DNA from: an uncultured Kiritimatiellota bacterium
Lineage (GTDB): Bacteria; Verrucomicrobiota; Kiritimatiellia; RFP12; DVOR01
Assembly (NCBI GenBank): GCA_944391055.1
Contig: CALXSF010000004.1
Span: 16,481-80,480, forward strand
Direction of reading: 5' to 3'
DNA length: 64,000 nucleotides
The translations under genes and the position numbers were made by a program. This document shows positions 39,484-49,541 of the stretch, one piece after another (position 1 is the stretch's first letter; every line of letters begins with the position of its first letter). Under the pieces are notes generated by a model. The model made no database searches. It saw only the letters and a program-made list of their open reading frames with translations, and was not told the DNA's origin.

Positions 39484-41316
39484 ATGGATTATGGCAAATG
39501 GACGGACGCGGCGTCATCCGAGTGGGAGGACGAGCAGGAAGCTTACCTAGATCAAGAGGCCGAGGCGCAATGGCAGGCCACCTTGCAGGATCGCGCGTTC
39601 ATTTGGGAGCGGGATTTCGCCAATCTCTCCGAGGAGGCCCGGGAAAGCCTGATGGCCCGGCTAGACGATCTCCCGGAGAACGTGCGCGGGGTGTTGCAAT
39701 GCATTCTACGCGCGCGCGGCTTGCCCCCCTGCGACGAAGGGTTCCCGACAATCATGCCGCCCGAGGCCTACAAGCAAAAACGGCTGACGCGTCTCTACGC
39801 GAAGTTGCAGCTCGACGAGACGATGCGCGAGGGGCTGCGCCGCACGCTGAACGCGATGACCAATCTGTATGGCGCCATCGGCGTGCGCGAGATTTGGGAG
39901 TGGCTGCGGCGGCACCGCCCCGGCCTGCTCACGGAAAAGCAGTTTTTCGAGTTCATGCGCGTCCTGCGGCATGATTTGGACGACCGCTACCGTTTCGTCT
40001 TGCTCTCGCTTCAGGAATGTCACGGCAATCTGTTGGCGCACGCATCGCCCCTAACGGCCCGGGATCGCATCTTGGTCAATCGTTCGCTGGTGGCCCAGAA
40101 GACGCCGACCGAGTGGGAGACCTCCGCCCTCTCCTTGCTGCTGTGGCGTCAGTTGCTCTGGCGATGTGAGGCGGATTTGGACGTCGAGCCGGACGAGTTG
40201 GCCCTTTATGAAGAAACGGAGGCCGTCTATGAGCCGACGGCCGAGACGGAGGCCTTCCGGGCCTTTCTGTCGCGGCCCGAGGTGCGCCTCCGCGAGGGGT
40301 TGACGGCGGATGGGGCCTTCACGAATCTTCTTTTCCAGGCACCGCTCCCGATTGTCGGAAGCCTGACGACGCTTGACCTGTTGGACATGGCCTACGCCGC
40401 GGGCGTCCAAGTCGTGGGCGAAGAGGCGCAGACGGCCTTCGCGGAAAGTTTCCACGACGCGCTCCAATGCGTCCGCCGCCGCGATCTGCTGGGCAATCGC
40501 CTGACGGCCAAGCTGACGGCCCCGGAACCGGAGGAGGACGAGACGCCGCCGTTGGAGGAGCCCGAGGATTGCGGCGAGGACGAAACGCAGGAGGCCGACA
40601 CACCCTCGTCGGGCGCGATGAGTCGCATGGGAACCATCCTCTTCTCCTTGCTGAGTCTCCATGGCATCGTCCGCTTGAAGGATTTTTGCCGATGGCTCCC
40701 TCGGTGGGAGCCGGATCTGAAGATACCGACCGAGCAAATCCGCAAGTTTTTCGCGGGCTTTGAGCGACTTGGCGCGATTGCTCCTCTGCCGCCATCCTAC
40801 GAGACCATCGAGGAGGAAGGCGAAACTGGAGAGGAAGATCTCGCGATGCTCCATCCCCGGCTGCTCACCACACAAGGCGACATCGACGACGACACCATCG
40901 AGGCGTGGTTGGATTACGAAGCCCTGTACGACAGCCCTTACCTGCCGGAAACATTGCCGGAGGCGGTGGCGGACAACGTCGACTTGCTGACGACGAAGGA
41001 TCCCTCACTCTGCGAACCGGCCTCGGCGGCGGACGCCCTGCGCGCCCTGCTGGCGGACCCGACGATGGGGGTGCCGCCTTGGAGGCGCGAGGCGTTGTTC
41101 GGCGCCTGCCTTTCCATCGCGCACACGACATTGACCGAGGATCCGCTGGCGGCGGCGCTTTTCTGTGCGCTCTGCGAGTTCCGTCTGCCCTTCGACGCCG
41201 CCCAGACGGCGCGCTTCCTGGAGGCGTTCGCGGAGCTGCACGCCCACACCCGCCTGTTCGCGCTGGGCGGCAACCGGCCGATCGACTGTTTCAGCGACGC
41301 GGACGACGGCAAATGA
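39484..41316 (+). CDS. Acidic hypothetical protein with a twofold internal repeat
   Basis: Halves start NLYGAIGVREIWEWL / SLHGIVRLKDFCRWL and end CVRRRDLLGNR / HTRLFALGGNRP; extended -10 lies 6 nt before the ATG. Confidence 0.7.
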   Translation: MDYGKWTDAASSEWEDEQEAYLDQEAEAQWQATLQDRAFIWERDFANLSEEARESLMARLDDLPENVRGVLQCILRARGLPPCDEGFPTIMPPEAYKQKRLTRLYAKLQLDETMREGLRRTLNAMTNLYGAIGVREIWEWLRRHRPGLLTEKQFFEFMRVLRHDLDDRYRFVLLSLQECHGNLLAHASPLTARDRILVNRSLVAQKTPTEWETSALSLLLWRQLLWRCEADLDVEPDELALYEETEAVYEPTAETEAFRAFLSRPEVRLREGLTADGAFTNLLFQAPLPIVGSLTTLDLLDMAYAAGVQVVGEEAQTAFAESFHDALQCVRRRDLLGNRLTAKLTAPEPEEDETPPLEEPEDCGEDETQEADTPSSGAMSRMGTILFSLLSLHGIVRLKDFCRWLPRWEPDLKIPTEQIRKFFAGFERLGAIAPLPPSYETIEEEGETGEEDLAMLHPRLLTTQGDIDDDTIEAWLDYEALYDSPYLPETLPEAVADNVDLLTTKDPSLCEPASAADALRALLADPTMGVPPWRREALFGACLSIAHTTLTEDPLAAALFCALCEFRLPFDAAQTARFLEAFAELHAHTRLFALGGNRPIDCFSDADDGK

Positions 41317-41341
41317 CCCATCAAAAGAAAGGAATCGGACA

Positions 41342-42058
41342 ATGGCAGAACTGATTGTGGCGTTGGATGTGCCCAGCCGGGCGGAGGTCGCGGCGACCCT
41401 CCGGCGCTTGGGCGACGCGGTGGACTTCTACAAAATCGGCCTGGAGCTCTTCTCCGCCGAGGGGCCCGACGTGGTGCGCCTGGTGAAGGACGCCGGCAAG
41501 CGCGTCTTCCTTGACCTGAAGCTGCACGACATCCCCCGCACCGTCGAGCGCGCCGTGCATTCCATCGGGCGCCTGGGCGTGGAGCTGGCCACCATCCATG
41601 CAAGCGGGGGGCGGGCCATGATCCGCGCCGCCGCCGACGCCGCCGCCACCTTTGGCGCCTCGGCGCCCAAAATCCTTGCCGTCACCTGCCTCACCTCCCT
41701 GGACCAAGGCGATCTCGATGACTTCGGCGTCGCCCGGGCCATGCCCGACCAAGTGGAGGCGCTCGGCCTTCTGGCCGTCGCCAACGGCGCGGACGGCATC
41801 GTCTGCTCGCCCAAGGAGGTGGCGGCGATGAACCGGGCGCTTATCCCCGCGGCGCAGGGACGCCCCGTCGTGTTCGTCACGCCCGGCGTGCGCCCGGCCG
41901 GCGCGTCGGTGGGCGATCAGAAGCGCGTGGCCACCCCCGCCGGGGCCGTGCGCGACGGCGCCACCCATCTGGTGGTGGGCCGCCCCATCCTGGAGGCGTC
42001 CGATCCCGTGGCCGCCGCCATGGCCATCCGCGCCGAGATGTCCGCCGCGGCGCAATGA
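41342..42058 (+). CDS. pyrF: Orotidine-5'-phosphate decarboxylase
   Basis: LIVALD, KIGLEL, FLDLKLHDIPRTV, TPGVRP, DQKRVATP, VVGRPI. Confidence 0.96.
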   Translation: MAELIVALDVPSRAEVAATLRRLGDAVDFYKIGLELFSAEGPDVVRLVKDAGKRVFLDLKLHDIPRTVERAVHSIGRLGVELATIHASGGRAMIRAAADAAATFGASAPKILAVTCLTSLDQGDLDDFGVARAMPDQVEALGLLAVANGADGIVCSPKEVAAMNRALIPAAQGRPVVFVTPGVRPAGASVGDQKRVATPAGAVRDGATHLVVGRPILEASDPVAAAMAIRAEMSAAAQ

Positions 42059-42507
42059 AAAAGGGCGGGGAGTACGTCACGCGCGGCACGCCGATGCCGC
42101 GCCGCGACCAAGCGGGGGAGGCGTCGGAACCTCTCCCCGCCCCCTCCCCTGCCCCCCTGAGCGCCGCGCTTTCGCCGGCCGATCTGCCGCGCGATTGGGG
42201 CATGGCCGGCGCAGTCGGCGCCTATGAGGTGCCGCCGCTGGCGGACAGCGTGGAGCCCTCCCTCAACGCCCTGACCGAACGGTTCCGCGCGGATCCCTTG
42301 GCGGAGGTGAACGCGGCGCTGGATCGGCTCCTGCCGCCCGCCGACCGCCATCGCCTGGCGGCGGAGGCCTTCGCCGACGGCCTGCTGACGCTTTCGCTGG
42401 CGCGCCGCGCCGACCGCCTCCTCGCGGGACGGCTTTGGTTGCCCCGCCTGCAGGCCGAATTGACGCCCGCCTTGGGCCGCCTCGCCATCCGTCTGATTGA
42501 CCGCTGA
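42055..42507 (+). CDS. Hypothetical protein, possibly DciA/DUF721-like
   Basis: ATGA overlap with pyrF; C-terminal half (A..F.DGLLTL....LPRLQAEL....IRL) loosely resembles the DUF721 pattern. Confidence 0.45.
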   Translation: MKKGGEYVTRGTPMPRRDQAGEASEPLPAPSPAPLSAALSPADLPRDWGMAGAVGAYEVPPLADSVEPSLNALTERFRADPLAEVNAALDRLLPPADRHRLAAEAFADGLLTLSLARRADRLLAGRLWLPRLQAELTPALGRLAIRLIDR

Positions 42508-42521
42508 GCCCCCACCCTCCC

Positions 42522-43826
42522 ATGAAATGGACGCTTTATAATCTGCTCTTCGCCGTCGCCTATGTGGCGTTGATGCCCAAGTTCCTCGTGCACATGGCGC
42601 GGCGCGGCGGTTACGCCAACCGCTTCGCCGACCGTTTCGGGCGTTATCCGCGGGATGTGGCGGAGCGGCTGGGCGATGGGCGGCCGCGCGTGTGGATCCA
42701 TGCCGTCTCAGTCGGCGAAGTGGCGGTGGCCGGGCAGCTGATGGACGAGCTTCGGCGCCAACGGCCCGACATCGCCTTCGTCCTTTCCGTCACCAGCAGC
42801 ACGGGATGGACGCAGGCGCAGCGGCAGATCGGCGCCGACGACGTGCTGATCTACGGCCCCTTGGACTATCCCGGGTGCGTGCGCCGCGCGGTGCGCGCCG
42901 TGGCGCCTTTGGCCTACGTCATCACCGAGACCGAGCTTTGGCCCAACGTCATCCGCCAAACGGCGCGGCGCGGCGCGCCGGTCTTTTTGGTGAACGCCCG
43001 GATCTCCGATCGCAGCGCGCCGGGTTATCGTCGGCTGCGGTGTTGGTTCGGCCCCGTGCTCAATCTGCTGACGCGGATTTACGCGCAGTCGGATCTTGAC
43101 GCGCGGCGCTTGGAGGAAGCCGGGTGCGACGCAGGGCGCATCGCCGTCACCGGCACGATGAAGTTCGACGTCGCCCACCGCGTCCCCGAAAAGGAGGCCG
43201 CCCTCCGCGCCTATCTCACCGCCGCCGGGTTTTCGCCCGACGCGCCCATCCTGCTCGGCGGCTCCACGTGGCCGGGGGAGGACGCCTTCCTCTTGGCCGT
43301 TTACAGGAAGGCCTTGGCCAAGAACCCGCGTCTGCGCCTGATCCTCGTGCCGCGCCATTTCGAGAAGGCCGACGACGTCGAGATGGCCGTCCGGACGGCG
43401 GGGTTCCCCTGCCTGCGCAAATCCCGTGCGCAAAATCCCGAACGCCAGCCACAGGACGCCGTGCTCGTGGCCGACACCACGGGGGAGCTCATGGGCTTTT
43501 ACGGGTTGGCGGACGTCGTTTTCGTGGGGAAGAGCCTCTTTGAGGCGGGCGGGCAGAACATGATCGAGCCTTGCCTCTGCGGCTGCGCCACCGTCGTCGG
43601 CCCCCACACCGAGAACTTCCGGCCCGTGATGAGCGACCTGCTCGCCCAGGACGCCGTGCTCCAAGGCGCAGACCCCGCCGCCACCGAGGCGCACCTGTTG
43701 GCGCTTCTCGCCGATCCGGGGACCGCCAAGGCCCTGGGCGTCCGCGCCTCCGCCGCCGTCGAGGGGCGCCGCGGGGTCACGCCGCGCATCGCGGCGGAGA
43801 TCCTCCGCGCCCTGCCTTCCGCCTGA
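42522..43826 (+). CDS. waaA: 3-deoxy-D-manno-octulosonic acid (Kdo) transferase
   Basis: WIHAVSVGE, ETELWPN, NARISDRS, GSTWPGE, VPRHFE, DTTGEL, GGQNMIEP. Confidence 0.94.
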   Translation: MKWTLYNLLFAVAYVALMPKFLVHMARRGGYANRFADRFGRYPRDVAERLGDGRPRVWIHAVSVGEVAVAGQLMDELRRQRPDIAFVLSVTSSTGWTQAQRQIGADDVLIYGPLDYPGCVRRAVRAVAPLAYVITETELWPNVIRQTARRGAPVFLVNARISDRSAPGYRRLRCWFGPVLNLLTRIYAQSDLDARRLEEAGCDAGRIAVTGTMKFDVAHRVPEKEAALRAYLTAAGFSPDAPILLGGSTWPGEDAFLLAVYRKALAKNPRLRLILVPRHFEKADDVEMAVRTAGFPCLRKSRAQNPERQPQDAVLVADTTGELMGFYGLADVVFVGKSLFEAGGQNMIEPCLCGCATVVGPHTENFRPVMSDLLAQDAVLQGADPAATEAHLLALLADPGTAKALGVRASAAVEGRRGVTPRIAAEILRALPSA

Positions 43827-43843
43827 TCCCTGTCATCAAACGA

Positions 43844-43873
43844 ACGCGGCCCCGCCAACCGGCGGGGCCGCGT
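43844..43873. terminator. Hairpin between convergent waaA and the symporter gene
   Basis: ACGCGGCCCCGCC-AACC-GGCGGGGCCGCGT, perfect 13-bp stem, weak U tails. Confidence 0.6.
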
Positions 43874-43892
43874 CGCGTCGCTTGGCCGTCGC

Positions 43893-45953
43893 TCACCAGA
43901 AGATGACGTACAGGGCGACGGTCGCGACGCAGACGACCAGGCCGAAGACCAAGGCCGGCTTGGACATCGTCATGTCGAGCGTCGTCTTCTGCTCAAACGT
44001 GACCTTCACCGGCATCTTGAAGAGAAGGCTATAGACGCACATGAGGGCCAGCGTGACGCAGAGTGTGTAGGAGGCGGCGATCAGGTAGTGCATCTCCCCC
44101 TTCGCGCACCCAAAGCTCTGGAACCACGTGACCACGAAGTCGGGGAAGCAATGCCAGCCGAAGGTGGAGAAGCAATAATAGAGGATGGGCGCGGCAACCA
44201 GTCCGAACGTCCCCGCCCAACGCCCGGCGCTGCGGTTGAGCATGCCGAAGGCGAAGACCGCGAACACGCCGGGCGAGACGTAGCATTGGACGCTTTGGAT
44301 GTAGGCGAAAATCGAATCGCTGTTCAGCGCGGCGGCGGCGACACAGCCGACGATCACGAGGAGCACGGTGACGGCACGCCCGACAAAGACAAGGTTGCCT
44401 TGCGTGGCCCGAGGCGCGAGATAGCGCTGATAGATGTCCATCGTGAAGAGGGTGGAGGTGGCGTTCAGCACCGCGGCCAAGGAGGAGACGATGGCGCCAA
44501 GGAGGGCGGCGAGGATGAAGCCCAGCACGCCGGGCGGGCACCAGTCGCGGACGGTCTTCATGAGCAGGCCAAGGGCGCCGTCGTATTTGTAGGTGTTCTT
44601 GACGACCGTGATGTTGCCATCCGCCATCGCGATCTCGCCAGGCTTGCCGGAGGCCTTGGCGAGCGCGTCGATGGTCGCGGCGTCGATGGCCGCGCCGTCC
44701 ATGAGCCGGGCGTCGGGATAGGCCGCTTTAAGGCGGGCCAGGATGGGGGCGTTGTGCTTGGCGATCCACGCGAAGTCCGCCGGCGTGAGCCGCTTGGTGA
44801 CGCGCTCCTTGGAGCCGTCCGTCTTCACGGCCCATTCGGTCCACGTGCCTTTGTCGACGCCGGACTCAAAGAGGATGAGGTCGTTCGCCCGATACGGCTG
44901 GACGCCGCGGATCTTGACGGTGGCATCCGCGGAGACTTGGATGGATTGCTGGACCTTTTGGGCCTGGAGGCCGGCCATGTCGGGGGCGAAGAGGTTGAAG
45001 GCGATGACGCCGGGGATGACGATGATGAACGGGATGAGGAGCTTGAGCGCGGCGGCCAGCACGATGCCCTTCTGACCCTCGGCGAGGGAACCGGAGCCGA
45101 GCAGGCGCTGGGTGATGTATTGGTTGAGGCCCCAGTAATAGAAATGGGGGATCCAGATGCCCATGATCAGCACGGTCCAAGTCATGGCGGTGGTGTTGGC
45201 CGGGCCCATGTGCATCTTGGGCTCGTTGAGAAGGCTGAACCGCTCAAGGAAGCCCATGTCCGGGTCAAGGGCGATTTGCTTGCCCTGCTCCGCGAAGGAC
45301 GTGGCGACGGAGGCCTCGCCCAACGCGCGGCAGGCGATCCAGGCGATGAGGGCGCCGCCGACGATGAGGGCCGCGCCTTGGATGAGGTCGGCCCACGCAC
45401 AGGCCTTGAGACCGCCGAAGAGCACATACGCGCCGGCGATGCACGACATGATGACGCAACAGGTGGAGAAGCCGATGGCGACGCCAAACTCGTTGAAGAG
45501 CTGCCACATCACCAACGAACCGGCGTAGGTGACGCCGATGAGGGAGGCGACGACGAGGATGCCGATCATCGAAAGGGTCATGAGCGTACGCGCCACATGG
45601 TTGAAGCGCATCTCGATGAACTCGGGCATCGTGGTGATGCCCGTCTTCAGGAAGTAAGGCAGGAAACAGAAGGCGACGACGACGAGCGTGATGGCGGCGG
45701 TCCATTCCCAAGAGGCACAGGAGATACCCTCGAGGCCGGCGCCCTGGCCGCTCATGCCGACGAATTGCTCGGCGGAGATGTTGGCGGCGATGAGCGAGAA
45801 GCCGATGAGCCACCATTTGAGGCCGCGCCCGGCCAAGAAGTAGTCCTCCGCGTTCGCCTCCGCCGCCTTCGTCCTGCGGCTTTTGAAGAAGCCGACGAAC
45901 AGCACGCACGCGATGAATGCGAAGAAGACGATCACGTCCATCAGGATTTCCAT
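43893..45953 (-). CDS. Sodium:solute symporter (SSS; sugar, vSGLT-like)
   Basis: DYFLAGRGLKWWLIGFSLIAANISAEQFVGMSG, GGLKACAWADLIQG, YYWGLNQYITQR, AIVSSLAAVLNATSTLFTMDIY. Confidence 0.92.
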   Translation of the reverse strand: MEILMDVIVFFAFIACVLFVGFFKSRRTKAAEANAEDYFLAGRGLKWWLIGFSLIAANISAEQFVGMSGQGAGLEGISCASWEWTAAITLVVVAFCFLPYFLKTGITTMPEFIEMRFNHVARTLMTLSMIGILVVASLIGVTYAGSLVMWQLFNEFGVAIGFSTCCVIMSCIAGAYVLFGGLKACAWADLIQGAALIVGGALIAWIACRALGEASVATSFAEQGKQIALDPDMGFLERFSLLNEPKMHMGPANTTAMTWTVLIMGIWIPHFYYWGLNQYITQRLLGSGSLAEGQKGIVLAAALKLLIPFIIVIPGVIAFNLFAPDMAGLQAQKVQQSIQVSADATVKIRGVQPYRANDLILFESGVDKGTWTEWAVKTDGSKERVTKRLTPADFAWIAKHNAPILARLKAAYPDARLMDGAAIDAATIDALAKASGKPGEIAMADGNITVVKNTYKYDGALGLLMKTVRDWCPPGVLGFILAALLGAIVSSLAAVLNATSTLFTMDIYQRYLAPRATQGNLVFVGRAVTVLLVIVGCVAAAALNSDSIFAYIQSVQCYVSPGVFAVFAFGMLNRSAGRWAGTFGLVAAPILYYCFSTFGWHCFPDFVVTWFQSFGCAKGEMHYLIAASYTLCVTLALMCVYSLLFKMPVKVTFEQKTTLDMTMSKPALVFGLVVCVATVALYVIFW

Positions 45954-46138
45954 GTCATTCTTCCTTCCAGTCTTCCGGTTGGGATTGGCGGCAGAGGCAT
46001 TTCCAAGTGTTTAAGCGACGCCAAGCGCTCCACGACCGAGGCTCGTCGCCGCCGCAAACGCAACGGTTTCAATTTATCATGAGGCGTCCCGGGCTGTCAA
46101 GCCCATCCTGCCCGGCGCGTGATGAGGCGCGCGCGGAT

Positions 46139-46167
46139 TTGACGGCCTGTCCGGGAAACCGTATAAT
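46139..46167 (+). promoter_or_regulatory. Consensus sigma70 promoter of pfk
   Basis: TTGACG, 17 bp, TATAAT. Confidence 0.75.
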
Positions 46168-46219
46168 AACGCCCCAACTCACCCGCATTGGGGCGAGGGC
46201 ACACGAGAGGACACACGTT

Positions 46220-47590
46220 ATGGCTTCGCTGTTCGAGCGCATCTTCGAGGATCCGTCCAAGTTCACGTTCATCACCGAGAACCTCGGCGAGTGCAAGGTC
46301 GACTCCCCGGTCCGCAACACCAATTTCGTCCGTGACGAAGACATGCACTCCCTGCTGAGCGTCCGCGCCGGCTACGTCCACGATTTCGTCAAGAAATACG
46401 GTGCCGTGCCCAAGCTCGAGAGCGCCGGCCCCCACCGCAAGATCTTCCACGACCCCTCCGCCACCCGCGCCGCCATCGTCACCGCCGGCGGCCTCTGCCC
46501 CGGGCTCAACAACGTCATCAAGGGCCTCGTCGAGGTGCTCACCTTCGGCTACGGCATCAAGACCATCTACGGCTTCCGCTACGGCTACGCCGGGCTCATC
46601 CCCGAGTTCGGCTACGAGCCCATGCTGCTCACCCCCGACAAGGTCGACACCATCCACGAATGGGGCGGCACCCTCCTGGGCTCCTCCCGCGGCCAGCAGG
46701 ACACCGCGCGGATGGTCGACACCCTCGAGCGCATGGGCATCAACGTCTTCTTCGCCATCGGCGGTGACGGCTCGCTGCGCTGCGCCCGCGACGTCTCCAA
46801 CGAATGCCGCCGCCGCGGTCTCAAGATCTCCGTCGTCGGCATCCCCAAGACCATCGACAACGACCTGCACTTCGTCGGGCGGACCTTCGGCTTCGAGACC
46901 GCCGTCGCCGCGGCCGTCCCGGCCATCCGCTCCGCGCACTCCGAGGCGCTCGGCGCCCACTATGGCATCGGCCTCGTCAAGCTCATGGGGCGCGACTCCG
47001 GCTTCATCGCCGCCTACGCCACGCTCGCCAACCCCGTCGTCAACTTCTGCCTTATCCCCGAGCAGCCCTTCACCGTCGAGGGCGAGCACGGCCTGCTCGC
47101 GGCGCTGGAGCGGCGCTTCGCCTCCGGCAAGAGCCACGCCGTCATCGTCGTCGCCGAGGGCGCCGGCCAAGACCTCATGGAGGGCGAGGTGCGCAAGGAC
47201 GCCTCCGGCAACATCCTCAAGAAGGACATCGGCGAGTTCCTCAAGAACCGCATCACCGAGCACTTCAAGGCCCGCAAGGAGGATGTGACGGTCAAGTACA
47301 TCGACCCCTCCTACACCATCCGCTCCTGCCCCGCCGACGCCTCCGACGCCGTGCTCTGCTACCGCCTCGCCCGCATGGCCGCCCATGCCGCCATGGCCGG
47401 CCGCACCAACTGCGTCGTCGGCCGCCTCAACGACGATTACTCCCTGGTGCCCATCCCCTTGGCCACCATCGAGCGCCGCAAGGTCGAGCTCACCTCCAAC
47501 CTCTGGTCGTCCGTCCTCGACGCCACCGGCCAGGAGTTCTACCTCAACCCCGACACCTCCAAAGCCCCCGGCACGCTCTACGCGCCCTGA
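46220..47590 (+). CDS. pfkA: ATP-dependent 6-phosphofructokinase (long, spirochaete/plant-like type)
   Basis: VTAGGLCPGLN, GGTLLGSSRG, IGGDGS, PKTIDND, TFGF, KLMGR, VAEG, KYIDPSY. Confidence 0.9.
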   Translation: MASLFERIFEDPSKFTFITENLGECKVDSPVRNTNFVRDEDMHSLLSVRAGYVHDFVKKYGAVPKLESAGPHRKIFHDPSATRAAIVTAGGLCPGLNNVIKGLVEVLTFGYGIKTIYGFRYGYAGLIPEFGYEPMLLTPDKVDTIHEWGGTLLGSSRGQQDTARMVDTLERMGINVFFAIGGDGSLRCARDVSNECRRRGLKISVVGIPKTIDNDLHFVGRTFGFETAVAAAVPAIRSAHSEALGAHYGIGLVKLMGRDSGFIAAYATLANPVVNFCLIPEQPFTVEGEHGLLAALERRFASGKSHAVIVVAEGAGQDLMEGEVRKDASGNILKKDIGEFLKNRITEHFKARKEDVTVKYIDPSYTIRSCPADASDAVLCYRLARMAAHAAMAGRTNCVVGRLNDDYSLVPIPLATIERRKVELTSNLWSSVLDATGQEFYLNPDTSKAPGTLYAP

Positions 47591-47610
47591 CCCCGGCCTT
47601 GACGTTTGGG

Positions 47611-47640
47611 AAAGCCCCCGCGGAAGCGGGGGCTTTTTTG
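47611..47640. terminator. Intrinsic terminator between convergent pfk and the Na/Pi gene
   Basis: AAAGCCCCCGC-GGAA-GCGGGGGCTTTTTT. Confidence 0.85.
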
Positions 47641-47708
47641 TTGGCGCGGCGAACGCGAAAAGCCCGCCCCGCGGCGCGGGACGGGCAAAGGAGGGCGCGA
47701 GAGGCGCC

Positions 47709-49448
47709 TCAGCGGGTCTCGTCGAGCATGGCCTCGCCGATGTTGAGGCAGTCTTCCTTGAGGCGGCGATAGAGGTTGAGGACGTCGAGGACGATGACGA
47801 CGCAGAGCGGGTCGATGGAAGGGTCTTGCCCGGCCAGGCGGGCCATCTGCGCCTTGCGGATCTGCTTGACGCGGGCGGAGATGGCGGCGGCGTCGGAGCG
47901 CATGTGGGCGAGCAGGTCGGGCGCGTGGGTCTTGCCTTGACGGAAGGCCTCGGAGACGGTGGCGGCGAAGGCCCGGCAAAGGTCGTGGAGGCTCAGCAGC
48001 TCGTCGCGCCCCTGGGCGGAGAGGCGCAGGCCCCCGCGCCGCATGCGGATGAACTGCTTCAGGAGCGCGGCGACCTCGTCGGAGACGGACTCGTACTCGT
48101 CGGCCACGCGCAGGAGCATCCGGGCGCGGTAGGCGACATCGGAGGGAAGGTTGGCGGACATGATGGCGCCGAGGAAGGAGGAGACCTCATGCTGCACCAC
48201 GTCGAGCTCCTCCTCGGCGTGGAAGATGCCGTTCTCGAGCGCCTCGTCGTTCTGCCCGAGGAGCACCTTGCGGAAGTCGTCGATCAGGCCCTCGCAGCGG
48301 TGGCTCATGTGCTCGACCTCCCTGCGGGCCTGCTCCACGGCCACGACGGGGGCGAGCTTGAGGGGGTTGAGGACGGCCAGGCGCGGCAGTTCGCGCACCT
48401 TGGGGTCGGGGATGATATGGGTGATGAGCCAGGCGAAAGGCTTGGTGAAGGGCAGGAAGATGCAGGTGTTGATGAGGTTGAAGGCGGTGTGGACCCCGGC
48501 CACGGCGAAGAGCAGGCTGCTCCCCTCCATCGCGTCGATGCCGAAGAAACGCACCGCCACCGGAAGGAAGAGCGGGAAGAGCGGCGCCATGATAAGCACG
48601 CCGATGACGTTGAAAAGCGAGTGCGCCAGCGCGGCGCGGCGGGCGTTGGTGGGCGCGCCGATGGCCGCCAGCCACGCCGTGACGGTTGTGCCGATGTTCA
48701 TGCCCAGCACCAAAGAGGCCGCCGTGTTGAAGTCGATGCTCCCCATCTGCACCAAGATGATGGCGATGCCCGTGGTGGCCGAGGAACTCTGCACGATGGC
48801 CGTGGCCACCGCCCCCACCACGATGCACTTGGCCATCCCCCACACCGAGAAGGCGCCGTCCGCGCCCGTGGCGGAAAAGAGGCTCATGGCCTCGCGCATC
48901 CCCGCCGAGTCGGAGATGGGCTTCAGCGCCCCGCTCATGAACTCCAGCCCGAAGAAGATCAGCCCCAGCCCCAGGAAGATGAGCCCCACGAACTTCCACC
49001 GCTCGCGCGTCGCGAAAAGGTAGACCAGCGAGGCCACGCCGATCAGCCACATGATGGCCGTGATGCCGATCTTCGGGAAGGCCGCCACGAGCCACGCCGT
49101 CGCTGTCGTGCCGATGTTCGCCCCGATGATCACGTTGATGGCCTGGAGCAGCGTCATGATGCCCGAGGTCACCATGCCCACCACCATCACCGTCGTCACG
49201 GACGAACTCTGGATGATGGCGGTGACGATCGTGCCGGTGGCCACCCCCGCCAGGCGGTTCGTCGTCGCCGCCGCCACCAGCTTGCGCATTCGCGGCCCCG
49301 CCACGCCCTGGAGCCCCTCGGAGATCTGCTTCATCCCCAACAGAAAGACGCCCAGGCCCCCCAGCAGACAGGCGACAATCGCCGCCGCGCTGAGCTCCGT
49401 CTCCAACACGGGGAACCTCCCCGCCAATGCCGCGATTGCCGCCAACAT
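47709..49448 (-). CDS. Na/Pi cotransporter (NptA/YjbB family) with PhoU-like C-terminus
   Basis: GGLGVFLLGM, twin QSSS...GANIGTT / GMNIGTT repeats, C-terminal helical domain (EYESVSD). Confidence 0.9.
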   Translation of the reverse strand: MLAAIAALAGRFPVLETELSAAAIVACLLGGLGVFLLGMKQISEGLQGVAGPRMRKLVAAATTNRLAGVATGTIVTAIIQSSSVTTVMVVGMVTSGIMTLLQAINVIIGANIGTTATAWLVAAFPKIGITAIMWLIGVASLVYLFATRERWKFVGLIFLGLGLIFFGLEFMSGALKPISDSAGMREAMSLFSATGADGAFSVWGMAKCIVVGAVATAIVQSSSATTGIAIILVQMGSIDFNTAASLVLGMNIGTTVTAWLAAIGAPTNARRAALAHSLFNVIGVLIMAPLFPLFLPVAVRFFGIDAMEGSSLLFAVAGVHTAFNLINTCIFLPFTKPFAWLITHIIPDPKVRELPRLAVLNPLKLAPVVAVEQARREVEHMSHRCEGLIDDFRKVLLGQNDEALENGIFHAEEELDVVQHEVSSFLGAIMSANLPSDVAYRARMLLRVADEYESVSDEVAALLKQFIRMRRGGLRLSAQGRDELLSLHDLCRAFAATVSEAFRQGKTHAPDLLAHMRSDAAAISARVKQIRKAQMARLAGQDPSIDPLCVVIVLDVLNLYRRLKEDCLNIGEAMLDETR

Positions 49449-49541
49449 CCTAACATTCTCCTTGCGAAAACCTAACACTCCCGCCGAAGACGGGCACAAA
49501 AAAGGGGCGACCGGCACGCGCCTTCGCCCCTGATGAGAACC

